A DNA stretch of 23,332 bases from an uncultured Chloroflexia bacterium (lineage in GTDB: Bacteria > Chloroflexota > Dehalococcoidia > DSTF01 > JALHUB01). The position numbers and the translations under genes are program-made. Numbering within the stretch: the first letter of the stretch is position 1; every line of letters starts with the position of its first letter. Below are positions 1 through 8,712 of this stretch, in pieces. The stretch is taken from the NCBI GenBank assembly GCA_963726245.1, contig CAVSBT010000006.1:1-23332 (forward strand), given 5' to 3'. The notes below the pieces were generated by a model that worked only from the letters and a program-made list of their open reading frames with translations, had not been told where the DNA came from and did no database searches.

Positions 1-1694
1 CGCTCCTTGGTGCGCGCCCAGTCGCCGCTGCCGAGGCGGGTCAGGGCAGGGGTGAAGTCGCCGGGGCCCACGTAGCGGCTCACCCGGTCCACCTGGTCCG
101 TCGGCACGAAGAGGCGGTCGCCCTGGGCGTAGTGCAACTCCAGGTACTCGCGCTCGTGGTCATCTAGCGTCTTGCGCGTCAGGCCGGCGAAGCGGGCGAT
201 GCCGTGCTCGATGTGCACCACGTAGTCGTCCGGCGAGAGCTCGGCCAGGAAGGCCTCGCGGTTGGCGAACCGTCGAGGTGCCAGGCGCCGCTGCTTGGCG
301 AAGCCGAACACCTCGCTGTCCGTCAGAAGGGTGAGCGACGCTCCGCCGTCTTGGAGGACCCAGCCCTGGGGCAGAGAGCCCTGGACCAGGGCGAGCGCCC
401 CGTCGGGCAGCGGCGCCTCGATGGCGGAGACCACGCCGGAGGCGAGCCCCTGCTCGCCCAGGACTTCCGAGAGGCGCGCCGCCTGTTGCGAAACGAGGGC
501 GACCCGCTCGCGGCGGGCGACGGCGGCGGACAGCTCGCCGGCGAGGACGCGCAGGCGGCCACCGTAGGCGGGTGCGGCGGCGAAGGGCAGGCGGAGGACG
601 CTACCTCCCCCCTCGCCGCCGGCCCAGCGCGAGAGGTCGATGCGCCGCCGGCGGGACTCGAACGCCGCCCTCAAATCGGGCCAGGGCAGGTGCGGCGGGG
701 GAAGGCCGGCGGGCAGCTCGCCGCGGCCGACCATCTCCTCGCGGACGGCTGCCACCTCGCGGTCATGCTCTTCGAGCACGGAGGCCAGGTCGGCGGGCTC
801 GTTCCAGACCAGGAGGCCGTCGGGCGGCAAATGGTCGAGCAGGGTGCCCCGGGCCAGGAAGGGCGTGTAGAAGTAGTCGTCGTCGAAGCCCTCACCGGCC
901 GCCAGGAGCTCCGTCTCGCGTTCGAAGCGGCCGCGGACGGCGGCGCTGCAGGCCGAGAGGTCCAGCCGCGAGAGGAAGGCGTCTGTCGTCGGGGAAGGCA
1001 GGAGCATCTCGCGTGCCGGCCCGACCACCGCCTCCTTCAGTCGCCCGGTCGAGCGCTGGGTGTCAGGCCGGAACGAGCGTATGCTCTCCACCCGGTCCCC
1101 CAGCAGCTCGATGCGGAGGGGCAGCTCCTCGGCGGTCGGGAAGACGTCGATGATGCCGCCGCGACGGCTGGCCTGTCCCGGCATGTCGACCAGGCTGGTC
1201 AGCCGGTAGCCCCTCTGGACGAGCCGCCGCAGGAAGGCGTCAGGCGCCAGGCGGTCACCTGGCGACAGCCGCTCGCTGCCTCCGGCCAGCTCCTCGGGGG
1301 CGAGGGTGCGCTGCGCCACCGCCTGCCCGGAGGCGACGACCACCAGCGGCCCTCGGGCATCCTGGAGGGCGTACAGTGTGCGCAGGCGGTCGCGGAGGGT
1401 GAGGGGGTCAGGGGCCAGGCGCTCGTAGGGGAGGGACTCGCGCTCCGGGAAGAGGTGGACGCGCTCGGGGTCGCCGAGCCAGGAGGCGACCTCCTCCGCC
1501 AGGGCGGCCGCCCGGTCGGGGCGCGGCGAGACGACCAGCACGGGTCGGCCCGAGGCGGCCAGGGCGGCTACGACGGCGGCCTTGGCGCCGTCGGGCAAGC
1601 CGAGGAGGAGGGGGGTGCCGCCGTCGAGGCGCGCGGCGAGCCCCTGCTCTTCCAGGGCCGATCGCAGGTCAGGCAGGAGTCCGGAGAGGTTCAT
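1..1694 (-). CDS. mfd: Transcription-repair coupling factor Mfd, N-terminal part (runs off the window start)
   Basis: Manual minus-strand translation from ATG 1694: MNLSGLLPDL...HLFPERESLPYE...RRGGIIDVFP...GDYVVHIEHGIARFAGL...EYLELHYAQGDRLFVPTDQVDRVSRY (UvrB-like then CarD/RID domain). Start and end are in the same frame. Absent from the ORF track because it has no stop inside the window. Confidence 0.95.
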   Translation of the reverse strand, partial: MNLSGLLPDLRSALEEQGLAARLDGGTPLLLGLPDGAKAAVVAALAASGRPVLVVSPRPDRAAALAEEVASWLGDPERVHLFPERESLPYERLAPDPLTLRDRLRTLYALQDARGPLVVVASGQAVAQRTLAPEELAGGSERLSPGDRLAPDAFLRRLVQRGYRLTSLVDMPGQASRRGGIIDVFPTAEELPLRIELLGDRVESIRSFRPDTQRSTGRLKEAVVGPAREMLLPSPTTDAFLSRLDLSACSAAVRGRFERETELLAAGEGFDDDYFYTPFLARGTLLDHLPPDGLLVWNEPADLASVLEEHDREVAAVREEMVGRGELPAGLPPPHLPWPDLRAAFESRRRRIDLSRWAGGEGGGSVLRLPFAAAPAYGGRLRVLAGELSAAVARRERVALVSQQAARLSEVLGEQGLASGVVSAIEAPLPDGALALVQGSLPQGWVLQDGGASLTLLTDSEVFGFAKQRRLAPRRFANREAFLAELSPDDYVVHIEHGIARFAGLTRKTLDDHEREYLELHYAQGDRLFVPTDQVDRVSRYVGPGDFTPALTRLGSGDWARTKE

Positions 1695-1745
1695 CTCGAC
1701 ATAACACCAACAGGGGCTGGCCCCGGGACCAGCCCCATCGAAGTC

Positions 1746-1775
1746 ATTGTAGCAGGGCGGGCCTGACACAGGCAA
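1746..1775 (-). promoter_or_regulatory. Putative sigma70 promoter for mfd
   Basis: Minus strand TTGCCT-18 nt-TACAAT with an extended -10 TGn, ~50 nt upstream of the mfd ATG. A GGGGCTGG/CCAGCCCC hairpin (1713-1736) lies in the leader. Confidence 0.55.
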
Positions 1776-1787
1776 AGGCGCGGGTCA

Positions 1788-1817
1788 TTGACGGCGGGCC
1801 CCCGACGAAACTAGAGT
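1788..1817 (+). promoter_or_regulatory. Putative sigma70 promoter for the HEPN-DGQHR cassette
   Basis: TTGACG-18 nt-TAGAGT, 50 nt upstream of ATG 1868, divergent from the mfd promoter. Confidence 0.45.
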
Positions 1818-1867
1818 GGGAAGGCTATCTCGCTGTCACAGGGATGCTTCCAAGTCGGTGGTGAGCT

Positions 1868-2746
1868 ATGCGCAAAGTGGCGATCCCGCTGGTGATTCCA
1901 GAGGCGGACGCGGAGCCGCTGCAGGGCATGACCGTTGCTCTTCCTGAAGGTTCAGGCATCGGCGAGCTCCCATGGGACTTCCACGAGGTGTCGCGTGATC
2001 AAGAGCTCGAGCTGTTGCGTTCCGAGGAGCCGCCACCGGCCGTCTGGTTCCGTCTCGACCGCATTGACGATGAGGAAATCCGTCGCAAGGCAATCTCGCT
2101 CTTGGCAACTGTGCATCTTCTCGGGTCGGGGGTGGCACGGGTGTCCCAAGCGTGGATTTACCGGGACAGTCCGCTTGCGTTCACGGAAGCGAGGGCACTT
2201 CGACTTCAGTTGGTTGGTGGGGGTGCACCCCTCCTTCTGCCAGCCGGGATCAACCAGGATGCGGTCGAAAGCGCGTACGACAGGGTGACAGCCGCGCTTG
2301 CGTCGACCCCATGGCTCAGAATCAGCCTAGAGCACATGCTCCTCGCGCTGGACAGGACAGGACTGAGCAACGGCATTCTCGATTTGACCATCTGTCTAGA
2401 GAGCCTCATCAGAGTAAACACGGAGGTGTCGTTCCGTTTCTCGCATCAGATTGCCCGGCTAGTGACCAGCAGCCCATCTGAGATCGAGGACTACCAGGGC
2501 CTGCTGCACCATCTCTACACCGTAAGAAGCGGCCATGTTCACGGAACACAGCCCCAACCGAAGGCCTTGAGGCACGTGCAGCAGCGTGCTGAGGAATTGG
2601 AGGGAATCATGCGAGACGCTATCATGTACGCACTAGAGTTTCATGCCCAGCCCGGCCTTACGAAGGAGGCCTGGACTCAGCATCTGGGTCAACTGCTACA
2701 TGGCACGGCGCGGCGAATACGCGTCGATTGGGGGACGACACCATGA
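1868..2746 (+). CDS. ApeA-like HEPN-domain protein (putative RNase effector)
   Basis: C-terminal pattern LDLTICLESL...EVSFRF...LHHLYTVRSGHVHG, with an intact RxxxxH motif starting at 2525, typical of ApeA-type HEPN domains. The N-terminal ~100 aa is unrecognised. GC is lower than the flanks. Confidence 0.75.
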   Translation: MRKVAIPLVIPEADAEPLQGMTVALPEGSGIGELPWDFHEVSRDQELELLRSEEPPPAVWFRLDRIDDEEIRRKAISLLATVHLLGSGVARVSQAWIYRDSPLAFTEARALRLQLVGGGAPLLLPAGINQDAVESAYDRVTAALASTPWLRISLEHMLLALDRTGLSNGILDLTICLESLIRVNTEVSFRFSHQIARLVTSSPSEIEDYQGLLHHLYTVRSGHVHGTQPQPKALRHVQQRAEELEGIMRDAIMYALEFHAQPGLTKEAWTQHLGQLLHGTARRIRVDWGTTP

Positions 2747-3842
2747 AAGGGACTTCGAGGTCGAGGCAATTCGAGGCGAAGTGCTAGGAATACGCGTCTA
2801 CCGGGGGTTTGCCAAGCTGAGCGACTTGGCCCGGATCTCGCAGCCCGATGTCTACGACCAAGCCAACAACCCGACAGGCACTCAGCGCGATCTCAACCGC
2901 CGGCATGCCCGCGAGGCCTACCAGTACGTCAAGACCCGTAGTCTTGCCTTCTACCCAGAGATCGTGCTGCATGCGCGGGACGCATCGGTGCTAGAGTTCA
3001 GTCCAGCCGGTAGTTCCTTGCCAAACGTGGGCAAGCTGAAGGTCAACCTGGACCGCATCGTCGAACTCGGCGGAGTAGTGCTGTCGCGTGTTGACGGCAA
3101 CCACAGGTTGCACTACGCGGCCGGGCATGAGCCCGGCTTCCCTCCCTTGGACGAGATGGTGGGTTTTTGCATCATGTACGATCTTCCCCCTTTGGAGGTC
3201 GGTGCTGGCGGCGGAGAGTTGGTTCTGTTCAGGGATATCAATGCGAACCAACAAGGGATGAACACGAGTCACCTTGACAGCATCGCTCTTCGAACCGCCG
3301 AGAGGGGCCTGGAGACGCGCGACCCAATCCTCTATATAGCGGAGAGGCTCATGGATGACGACGACAGTCCATTCCACGGCCGGGTCTATCGTGGAGGCGT
3401 TAGACCTGCTGACTTCATGATCCCTTTGAGGAACGTAAAGACATCGGTTCAGTACATGCACCAGCGCTCGAAGAAGCTGGAGCAGTTCAGCGCCGACGTT
3501 CAAGCCACATTGATCAAGCGGTACTGGCAGGCGGTGAGGCAGTGGGTGCCAGACGCGTGGGAGAATCCTGGAAGATACATCGCTCTGCGGGCGACTGGGT
3601 TCTGGGCGATGTCCTTTGTTGGGTCCGCCGTCATCGATAATGCCGTCACGTCCGGCAAGATTGAGATAGGAGACATGCTGGCCGTTCTTCAATCGGGCAG
3701 GGAATGGGATTGGAGCAATTCCGGCGACTTTCGAGGATACGGCGGACGAAAGGGGGCCGTTGAGATAGCGAACATGGTTACCAAGGAGTTTGTATCCGAG
3801 GGGCTGTCGATCTCCGAGATCGAAGCCAAGCTTCGCGGATAG
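2743..3842 (+). CDS. DGQHR-domain (DndB/ParB-like superfamily) protein, DGNHR variant
   Basis: Motif series GTQRDL...YQYV...FYPEIVL...RVDGNHR (3093-3107)...ELVLFRDINANQ...YWQAVRQWVPDAW. The likely start is the ATGA overlap at 2743, one base out of frame in an AAA/GGG run. An in-frame GTG at 2781 is the alternative. Confidence 0.8.
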
Positions 3843-3859
3843 TCGCGCAGCCTCCTGGC

Positions 3860-4468
3860 TTAGCGGTTGTAGCGGTTCATCGCCGTCTCGACGCCCTCCG
3901 ACAGCAGGCAGAGGATGGCCTCGCCCGCCGTTGCGGCGGCCTCGTCAAGGATGCGGCGCTCGTCGGCCGTCATCGGCGACAGCACGTAGTCGACGATGTG
4001 CTCCGGCTCCCAGGTCGGCTCGCCCGCCACCTGCGGCCGCCCGATGCCGATGCGGATGCGCGGGAACTCCTGGCTGCCTATCGCCTCGACGATGGAGCGC
4101 ATGCCGCGATGGCCGCCGTGGCTGCCCCTGGCGCGCACCCGGACGCGGCCCAGGGGCAGGTCCAGGTCGTCGCAGACCACCAGCAGTTGCGGCGGCGAGA
4201 GGTGGTAGCGCTGGAGCAGGTGGCTCACAGCGCGACCGCTCAGGTTGACGAAGGTGCGGGGCTTGGCCAGGATCACCGGCCGCTCGGCCAGCCGGCCCTC
4301 GCCGACGGCCGCCAGCCGGCCCCGGCTGCTGAAGGCGATGCCGTTGCGGCGGGCCAGCCGGTTCAGGCACCAGAAGCCCACGTTGTGGCGGCTGTGGGCA
4401 TACTCGCGGCCGGGGTTGCCCAGCCCCACGATGAGCCTCACGCCATCCGGTTCGCTCACTGGGTTCAC
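3860..4468 (-). CDS. pth: Peptidyl-tRNA hydrolase
   Basis: LIVGLGNPGREYAHSRHNVGF, KPRTFVNLSG, DDLDLPLG, GGHRG, RIRIGIGRP motifs. Confidence 0.97.
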   Translation of the reverse strand: MNPVSEPDGVRLIVGLGNPGREYAHSRHNVGFWCLNRLARRNGIAFSSRGRLAAVGEGRLAERPVILAKPRTFVNLSGRAVSHLLQRYHLSPPQLLVVCDDLDLPLGRVRVRARGSHGGHRGMRSIVEAIGSQEFPRIRIGIGRPQVAGEPTWEPEHIVDYVLSPMTADERRILDEAAATAGEAILCLLSEGVETAMNRYNR

Positions 4469-4480
4469 GAGGGCCCTGGC

Positions 4481-5872
4481 TCATCGCCGGGCCCCTGCCG
4501 GCCGGATGGGCTGGCCTGCCTGACCGGCAGGCAGGTCCAGGCGCACCACGGGCGTGTGGTCCGGCCGCGCCCGCCGCTGCTCGCTGAGGGTCTGCTGCAG
4601 GAGGCGCCTGAACACCTCCGTCGCCGCCTCCACCTCGCCTTCGCTGACCACGGGGAAGGCGCGGCGCAGCCTTTCGAGGATGGGCGGCTGCGCGGGCCCG
4701 CGCTGGCCGGCCGCTGTGGGCTCACCGGCCAGCAGGTCGCGCAGGAACTCCAACAGCTCGTCGTCCAGGACGGAAGCGAGGCCGGCCAGGTCGCTGGCCT
4801 GAACGACTTCGAGGAACTGTTCCATGCGCTCGCCGCGGGCGCGGGCCAGGATGCGGCGCACCGCCTCGCTGGAGAGGCGCGTCATCTGCTGGCTGAGGGC
4901 GCGCGATAGGCGCCGCAGCATGGCGTCAACCTCGCCCGAGGGCGGCTGATCGGCCAGGGTGAGGCCGCAGGCAGGGCAGGAGGCGGCGGTTCCCAGCGCC
5001 TGCTCGAGCCGCTCGGCGAGGGGGCAGCCCTGTACGGCGGCCAGCAGACGCCCCTGCTGAGCGAGGGCATCCTCTCCCAGCGGCCTCCCCAACTGTTCGA
5101 GGCTGTTGAGGCGGGCCAGGGCGCGAACGGTGGCCTCGCTGTCCTCGAGCGAGACGCGCAGGCGGCCCATGTCCCGCCAGTAGCCGGCGTGGTGGGCCAG
5201 GAGGGCGGCGCGGAAGCGCCCGCGAAAGTAGTCGAAGGTGGCGCGCATGCTGTCCAGGCGGTGCGGCTCCGCCCAGAGGGTGGCGAAGGAGATCTGCTCC
5301 AGGCTGACCGTGCGGTCCATCGCCAGGTCGGAGAGGCGCTCCGGCACCACGGCGCGGGCCAGGAAGTCGCGCATCGCGGCCAGCTCGAGGGCGGCTGGCG
5401 GGTCGCGCAGCAGGCAGCGGGCGAAGAAGATGTCCTCGGCCAGCGGCATGGGGCCGGGGTACAGGTCGGCGACGGCGCCCAGCGCCGGCGAGCGGGCCAC
5501 CGCCGTCAGTCGCTCCAGGGCGCGGCGTGCCGGCGCCAGCCCCGGCCTCTCGATGGGTTCCACCAGTGGGGCCGGCCCTGGCTCCGCGACGCGGCGTGCC
5601 GGCGCGCCGACCGGCGGACCACCAGGAGCGACGATCCCCAGCGCTTCGCCGGCGTTCTGGAGCAAGGAGCGGAGGGCGTCGACGATCGGGCGCCCCGTCT
5701 CCGCCGGGCTGCGGCCGAGCGCGGAGGCGAGGGCCCTGAGGTAGGACTGGGGCGCCGCTGCTGCCTGCGCGGGCCTCGACGGGCCCCCGCGATCGGGCGG
5801 CCGTCCGGACGCCTCTGCCCGGCCTGGCGGCGCCTTTCCCAAGTCCCCGTTAGGCGGGTGTCGTGGGCTCAT
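4481..5872 (-). CDS. Hypothetical helical protein with a C...CPAC putative metal-binding motif
   Basis: 463-aa ORF with host-like codon bias between iscS and pth. Low-complexity Pro/Gly/Ala N-terminus, so the true start is uncertain. Confidence 0.7.
   Translation of the reverse strand: MSPRHPPNGDLGKAPPGRAEASGRPPDRGGPSRPAQAAAAPQSYLRALASALGRSPAETGRPIVDALRSLLQNAGEALGIVAPGGPPVGAPARRVAEPGPAPLVEPIERPGLAPARRALERLTAVARSPALGAVADLYPGPMPLAEDIFFARCLLRDPPAALELAAMRDFLARAVVPERLSDLAMDRTVSLEQISFATLWAEPHRLDSMRATFDYFRGRFRAALLAHHAGYWRDMGRLRVSLEDSEATVRALARLNSLEQLGRPLGEDALAQQGRLLAAVQGCPLAERLEQALGTAASCPACGLTLADQPPSGEVDAMLRRLSRALSQQMTRLSSEAVRRILARARGERMEQFLEVVQASDLAGLASVLDDELLEFLRDLLAGEPTAAGQRGPAQPPILERLRRAFPVVSEGEVEAATEVFRRLLQQTLSEQRRARPDHTPVVRLDLPAGQAGQPIRPAGARR
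4515..4535. repeat. 21-bp palindromic element CCTGCCTG-N5-CAGGCAGG, in frame within a CDS
   Basis: Perfect 8-bp arms. Encodes LPAGQAG on the minus strand. Related copies at 5924-5941 and 22901-22921. Confidence 0.6.
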
Positions 5873-5985
5873 GCGGGTTGGGCCCTCTTGGTAACGGCTC
5901 AGCGGGATGAGAGTTGAACCGCGCCTGCCTGCGGCAGGCGGCCCTCATGATACCACGGCGGGCGGACGATCAGGGAACGGGAGGC

Positions 5986-7161
5986 TCAGGCGGCGGACTC
6001 CCGGAGGGAGCGTACCAGGTCCGGGAGGACGCTTAGAAGGTAGTCCACCTCCTCCTCGGTGTTGGAGGGGCCGAGGGTGAGGCGGAGGCTGCCCACCGCC
6101 ATCTCCAGGGGGAGCCCCATGGCGATCAGCACGTGGGAGGGCTCCCACGTGGAGGAGCCGCAGGCGGCGCCGGAGCTGGCGGCGATGCCCGCCCCGTTCA
6201 GGCGGTCCAGCAGCGCCTCGCCCTCCACGCCGCGAATGCTGACGTTGACGTTGTTGGCCAGACGCCGCTCCGGGTGGCCGTTGAGCTGCGAGCGCGGGAT
6301 GCGCGCCAGGATTCCCTCCGACAGACGGTCGCGCAGTACGCGGCAGGCGCGGCTGTTCGCCTCGCGGCCCTCTTCGGCGAGGCGCAGGGCGACGCCCGCG
6401 CCCACGATGCCGGCCACGTCCTCGGTGCCCGCCCTGCGCTGTCGCTCCTGGCCGCCGCCCGATTGCTGAGGCAGGAAGGGGGTGCCCCGTCGCAGGTAGA
6501 GGACGCCGGCGCCCTTTGGGCCGTAGAACTTGTGGGCCGACAGGCTCAGGACGTCCACCCCGAGCGCCTCGACATCGAGGTCGAGCATCCCCGGCGCCTG
6601 CACGGCATCGGTGTGAAGGGGAATGCGCCGCCCTAAGGCACGGCCGCGCTCGCGCAGGGCGTCCGCTATCTGTGCCACGGGCTCGATGGTGCCGACTTCG
6701 TTGTTGGCGGTCATGACGCTGACCAGCACCGTGCGCTCGTTCACCGCCGCGACCACCTCGTCGGGGTCAACCAGGCCGTGGCGGTCCACCGGGAGGTAGG
6801 TGACCTCGAAGCCGAACTTCTCCAGGTACTCGCAGGTGTGGAGGACGGCGTGGTGTTCGACGGCGGTGGTGATGACGTGGTTGCCGACGCGCGCCTTCTC
6901 CTGAGCGAAGGCGACGCCCTTGAGCGCCGCGTTGATGGACTCGGAGCCGCCGCTGGTGAAGAGGACCTCTGTGGTCCGGCAGCCCAGCACGTCGGCCACC
7001 GAGCGGCGGGCCTGGTCCAGGGCCCGCTGCGCCTCGCGGGCCAGCGTATAGGAGCCCGACGGGTTTCCGAAGCGCTCCTTCAGGTAGGGCAGCATGGCCT
7101 CCAGCACCCGCGGGTGCAGCGGCGTGGTGGCGGCGTGGTCGAAGTAGACGAGTTTGCTCAT
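5986..7161 (-). CDS. iscS: Cysteine desulfurase, IscS/NifS group I
   Basis: YFDHAATTP, FTSGGSES, NNEVGTI, HTDAVQA, SAHKFYGPKG (PLP lysine), GGGQE, RAGT, SSGAAC (catalytic Cys). Confidence 0.95.
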   Translation of the reverse strand: MSKLVYFDHAATTPLHPRVLEAMLPYLKERFGNPSGSYTLAREAQRALDQARRSVADVLGCRTTEVLFTSGGSESINAALKGVAFAQEKARVGNHVITTAVEHHAVLHTCEYLEKFGFEVTYLPVDRHGLVDPDEVVAAVNERTVLVSVMTANNEVGTIEPVAQIADALRERGRALGRRIPLHTDAVQAPGMLDLDVEALGVDVLSLSAHKFYGPKGAGVLYLRRGTPFLPQQSGGGQERQRRAGTEDVAGIVGAGVALRLAEEGREANSRACRVLRDRLSEGILARIPRSQLNGHPERRLANNVNVSIRGVEGEALLDRLNGAGIAASSGAACGSSTWEPSHVLIAMGLPLEMAVGSLRLTLGPSNTEEEVDYLLSVLPDLVRSLRESAA

Positions 7162-7175
7162 TGGCTAGGGGACTG

Positions 7176-7202
7176 AGGGCAGGGACGGGGCCCTGCCCCT
7201 AC
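7176..7202 (-). repeat. GTAG-type REP element
   Basis: Reverse complement GTAGGGGCAGGGCCCCGTCCCTGCCCT matches 20753-20779 at 25 of 27 positions. Intergenic hairpin. Confidence 0.75.
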
Positions 7203-7262
7203 GGCTTCTGCCCAGGGCGAGCAGGGGAAGCAAGCTTATCGTGCCCCTCAGGGGTATGGTTG

Positions 7263-8711
7263 TCAACCGAAGTGACCGCCCGCGTCCGCGCGGAAGCGAT
7301 GGTAGTCGGCGAAGCGGCGCAGCGCCCGTGCCGCCCTCTCGAAGCTGGCGAAGCAGGCGATGCCCCGCGCCGTCACCCGCTCCCGCAGCTCGGCGACTAC
7401 CGCGTCCACGTGGCCCGGGTGAATGATGGTCAGGAACGGCTTTGGCGAGCGCTCCTGGTAGGCCGCCAGCGCCTCCAGGGCTTCCTCCAGCGCCTTGGGG
7501 TCGGCCTGCCAGCGACGCGCTATCAAGCCCGACCCCATCTCCAGGGCCACGGCGTCGATGCGCTCGTCCTCGTTGAGGATGTCGAGCACGCGCACCAGGT
7601 TGTCCAGTCGCGCCGCCCCAGCCGATCGTGCCGCCGATGTCCAGCGGGTTGCGGTAGCTCCCGCCGATGATGTTGAAGAACGAGGCCAGCTTCTCGTAGG
7701 ACGAGGCGCTGAGCAGCGGCACCTCCAGCCCCTCGCGGGCGAAGGCGTCGGCGATGACCACCGACTGGCCGCCGGTCATGGCCATCAGCCCCACCCGCCG
7801 GCCGGTGCCGGGCTTCAGGTAGAGCAGCGCCTTCACGACGTCGACGGTCTCATCAAGGCTGTCCGCGCTAACGACGCCGCTCTGGCGCACCACGGCCTCC
7901 CAGACGTTCGACGCCGCGGCCAGCGCCGCCGTGTGGGAGGCGGCGCCCCGCTGGCCGGCCTCCGTCTGTCCGCCCTTCCAGATGACCACCGGCTTGCGCC
8001 GCGTCGTCTCGCGCAGGAGGCGAAAGAAGCGGCGGCCATCGCCAACCCCCTCCAGGTAGAGGGCGATGATGCCGGTCTCCGCGTCCTCCGCCAGGTACTC
8101 CAGGTAGTCGCAGGCATCGACCACCGCGGCGTTGCCCATGCTGACCGACTTGCTGATGCGCACGCCGTGAGCCGCGGCCGAGGAGGCTGAAGTTGATGGC
8201 ATGGGTGCCGCTCTGGGAGATGAAGCCTACGGACCCGCTCTCGCCGGCTGGCTGTTCAGCGGCTTGGCGCACGCCGAGGGCCGGGTTGTAGATGCCCATG
8301 CAGTTGGGCCCCATCAGCACGAGGCCGCTCTCGCGGGCCAGCCGCGCGATCTCCTCCTGGAGGCGGATGCCCTCCTCCTCGCCCGTCTCGGCGAAGCCGG
8401 AGGTGAACAGGGTGACGCCGCCCACGCCCTTCGTGACGCAGTCGGCGACGACGCGCGGCGCCACGGCGCGGGGCACGGCGCAGACCACGTAGTCGATCTC
8501 GCCGGGGACGTCGAGGAGGCTGTGGTAGTTGGGGATGCCCAGGGCCTCGATGCCGGGGATCTCGTCTTGGGTCGATCTGGACGGAGTAGACATTGCCCTG
8601 GAAGGTGCGCATGTTGCGCAGCCACATGTAGCCCAGGGCCTGCTTGTCGCCGACGACGGCCACGGTGCGCGGGCTGAAGACGCGCCGCAGCCGCTCGGCG
8701 TCGACGTTCAA
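7263..8711 (-). CDS. ADP-forming acetate/acyl-CoA ligase alpha-type (CoA-binding) subunit, broken by three frameshifts
   Basis: Consecutive ORF pieces join into one protein: FSPRTVAVVG | IDYVVCAVP...FTSGFAE...MGPNCMG...ISQSG | VSMGN...LYLEG...KGGQT...ASHTA (phospho-His)...NPLD | LNEDERIDAV. Shifts near 8570, 8178 and 7608. Confidence 0.85.
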
Positions 8712-8712
8712 C

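Noticed and set aside
204-1766. 520-aa plus-strand ORF
   Set aside because: Antisense shadow of mfd caused by GC-rich codon bias; no recognisable motifs.
2643-2742. N-terminal extension of the 399-aa DGQHR ORF
   Set aside because: Overlaps the HEPN gene by ~100 nt and looks non-proteinaceous; the start is more likely at 2743 or 2781.
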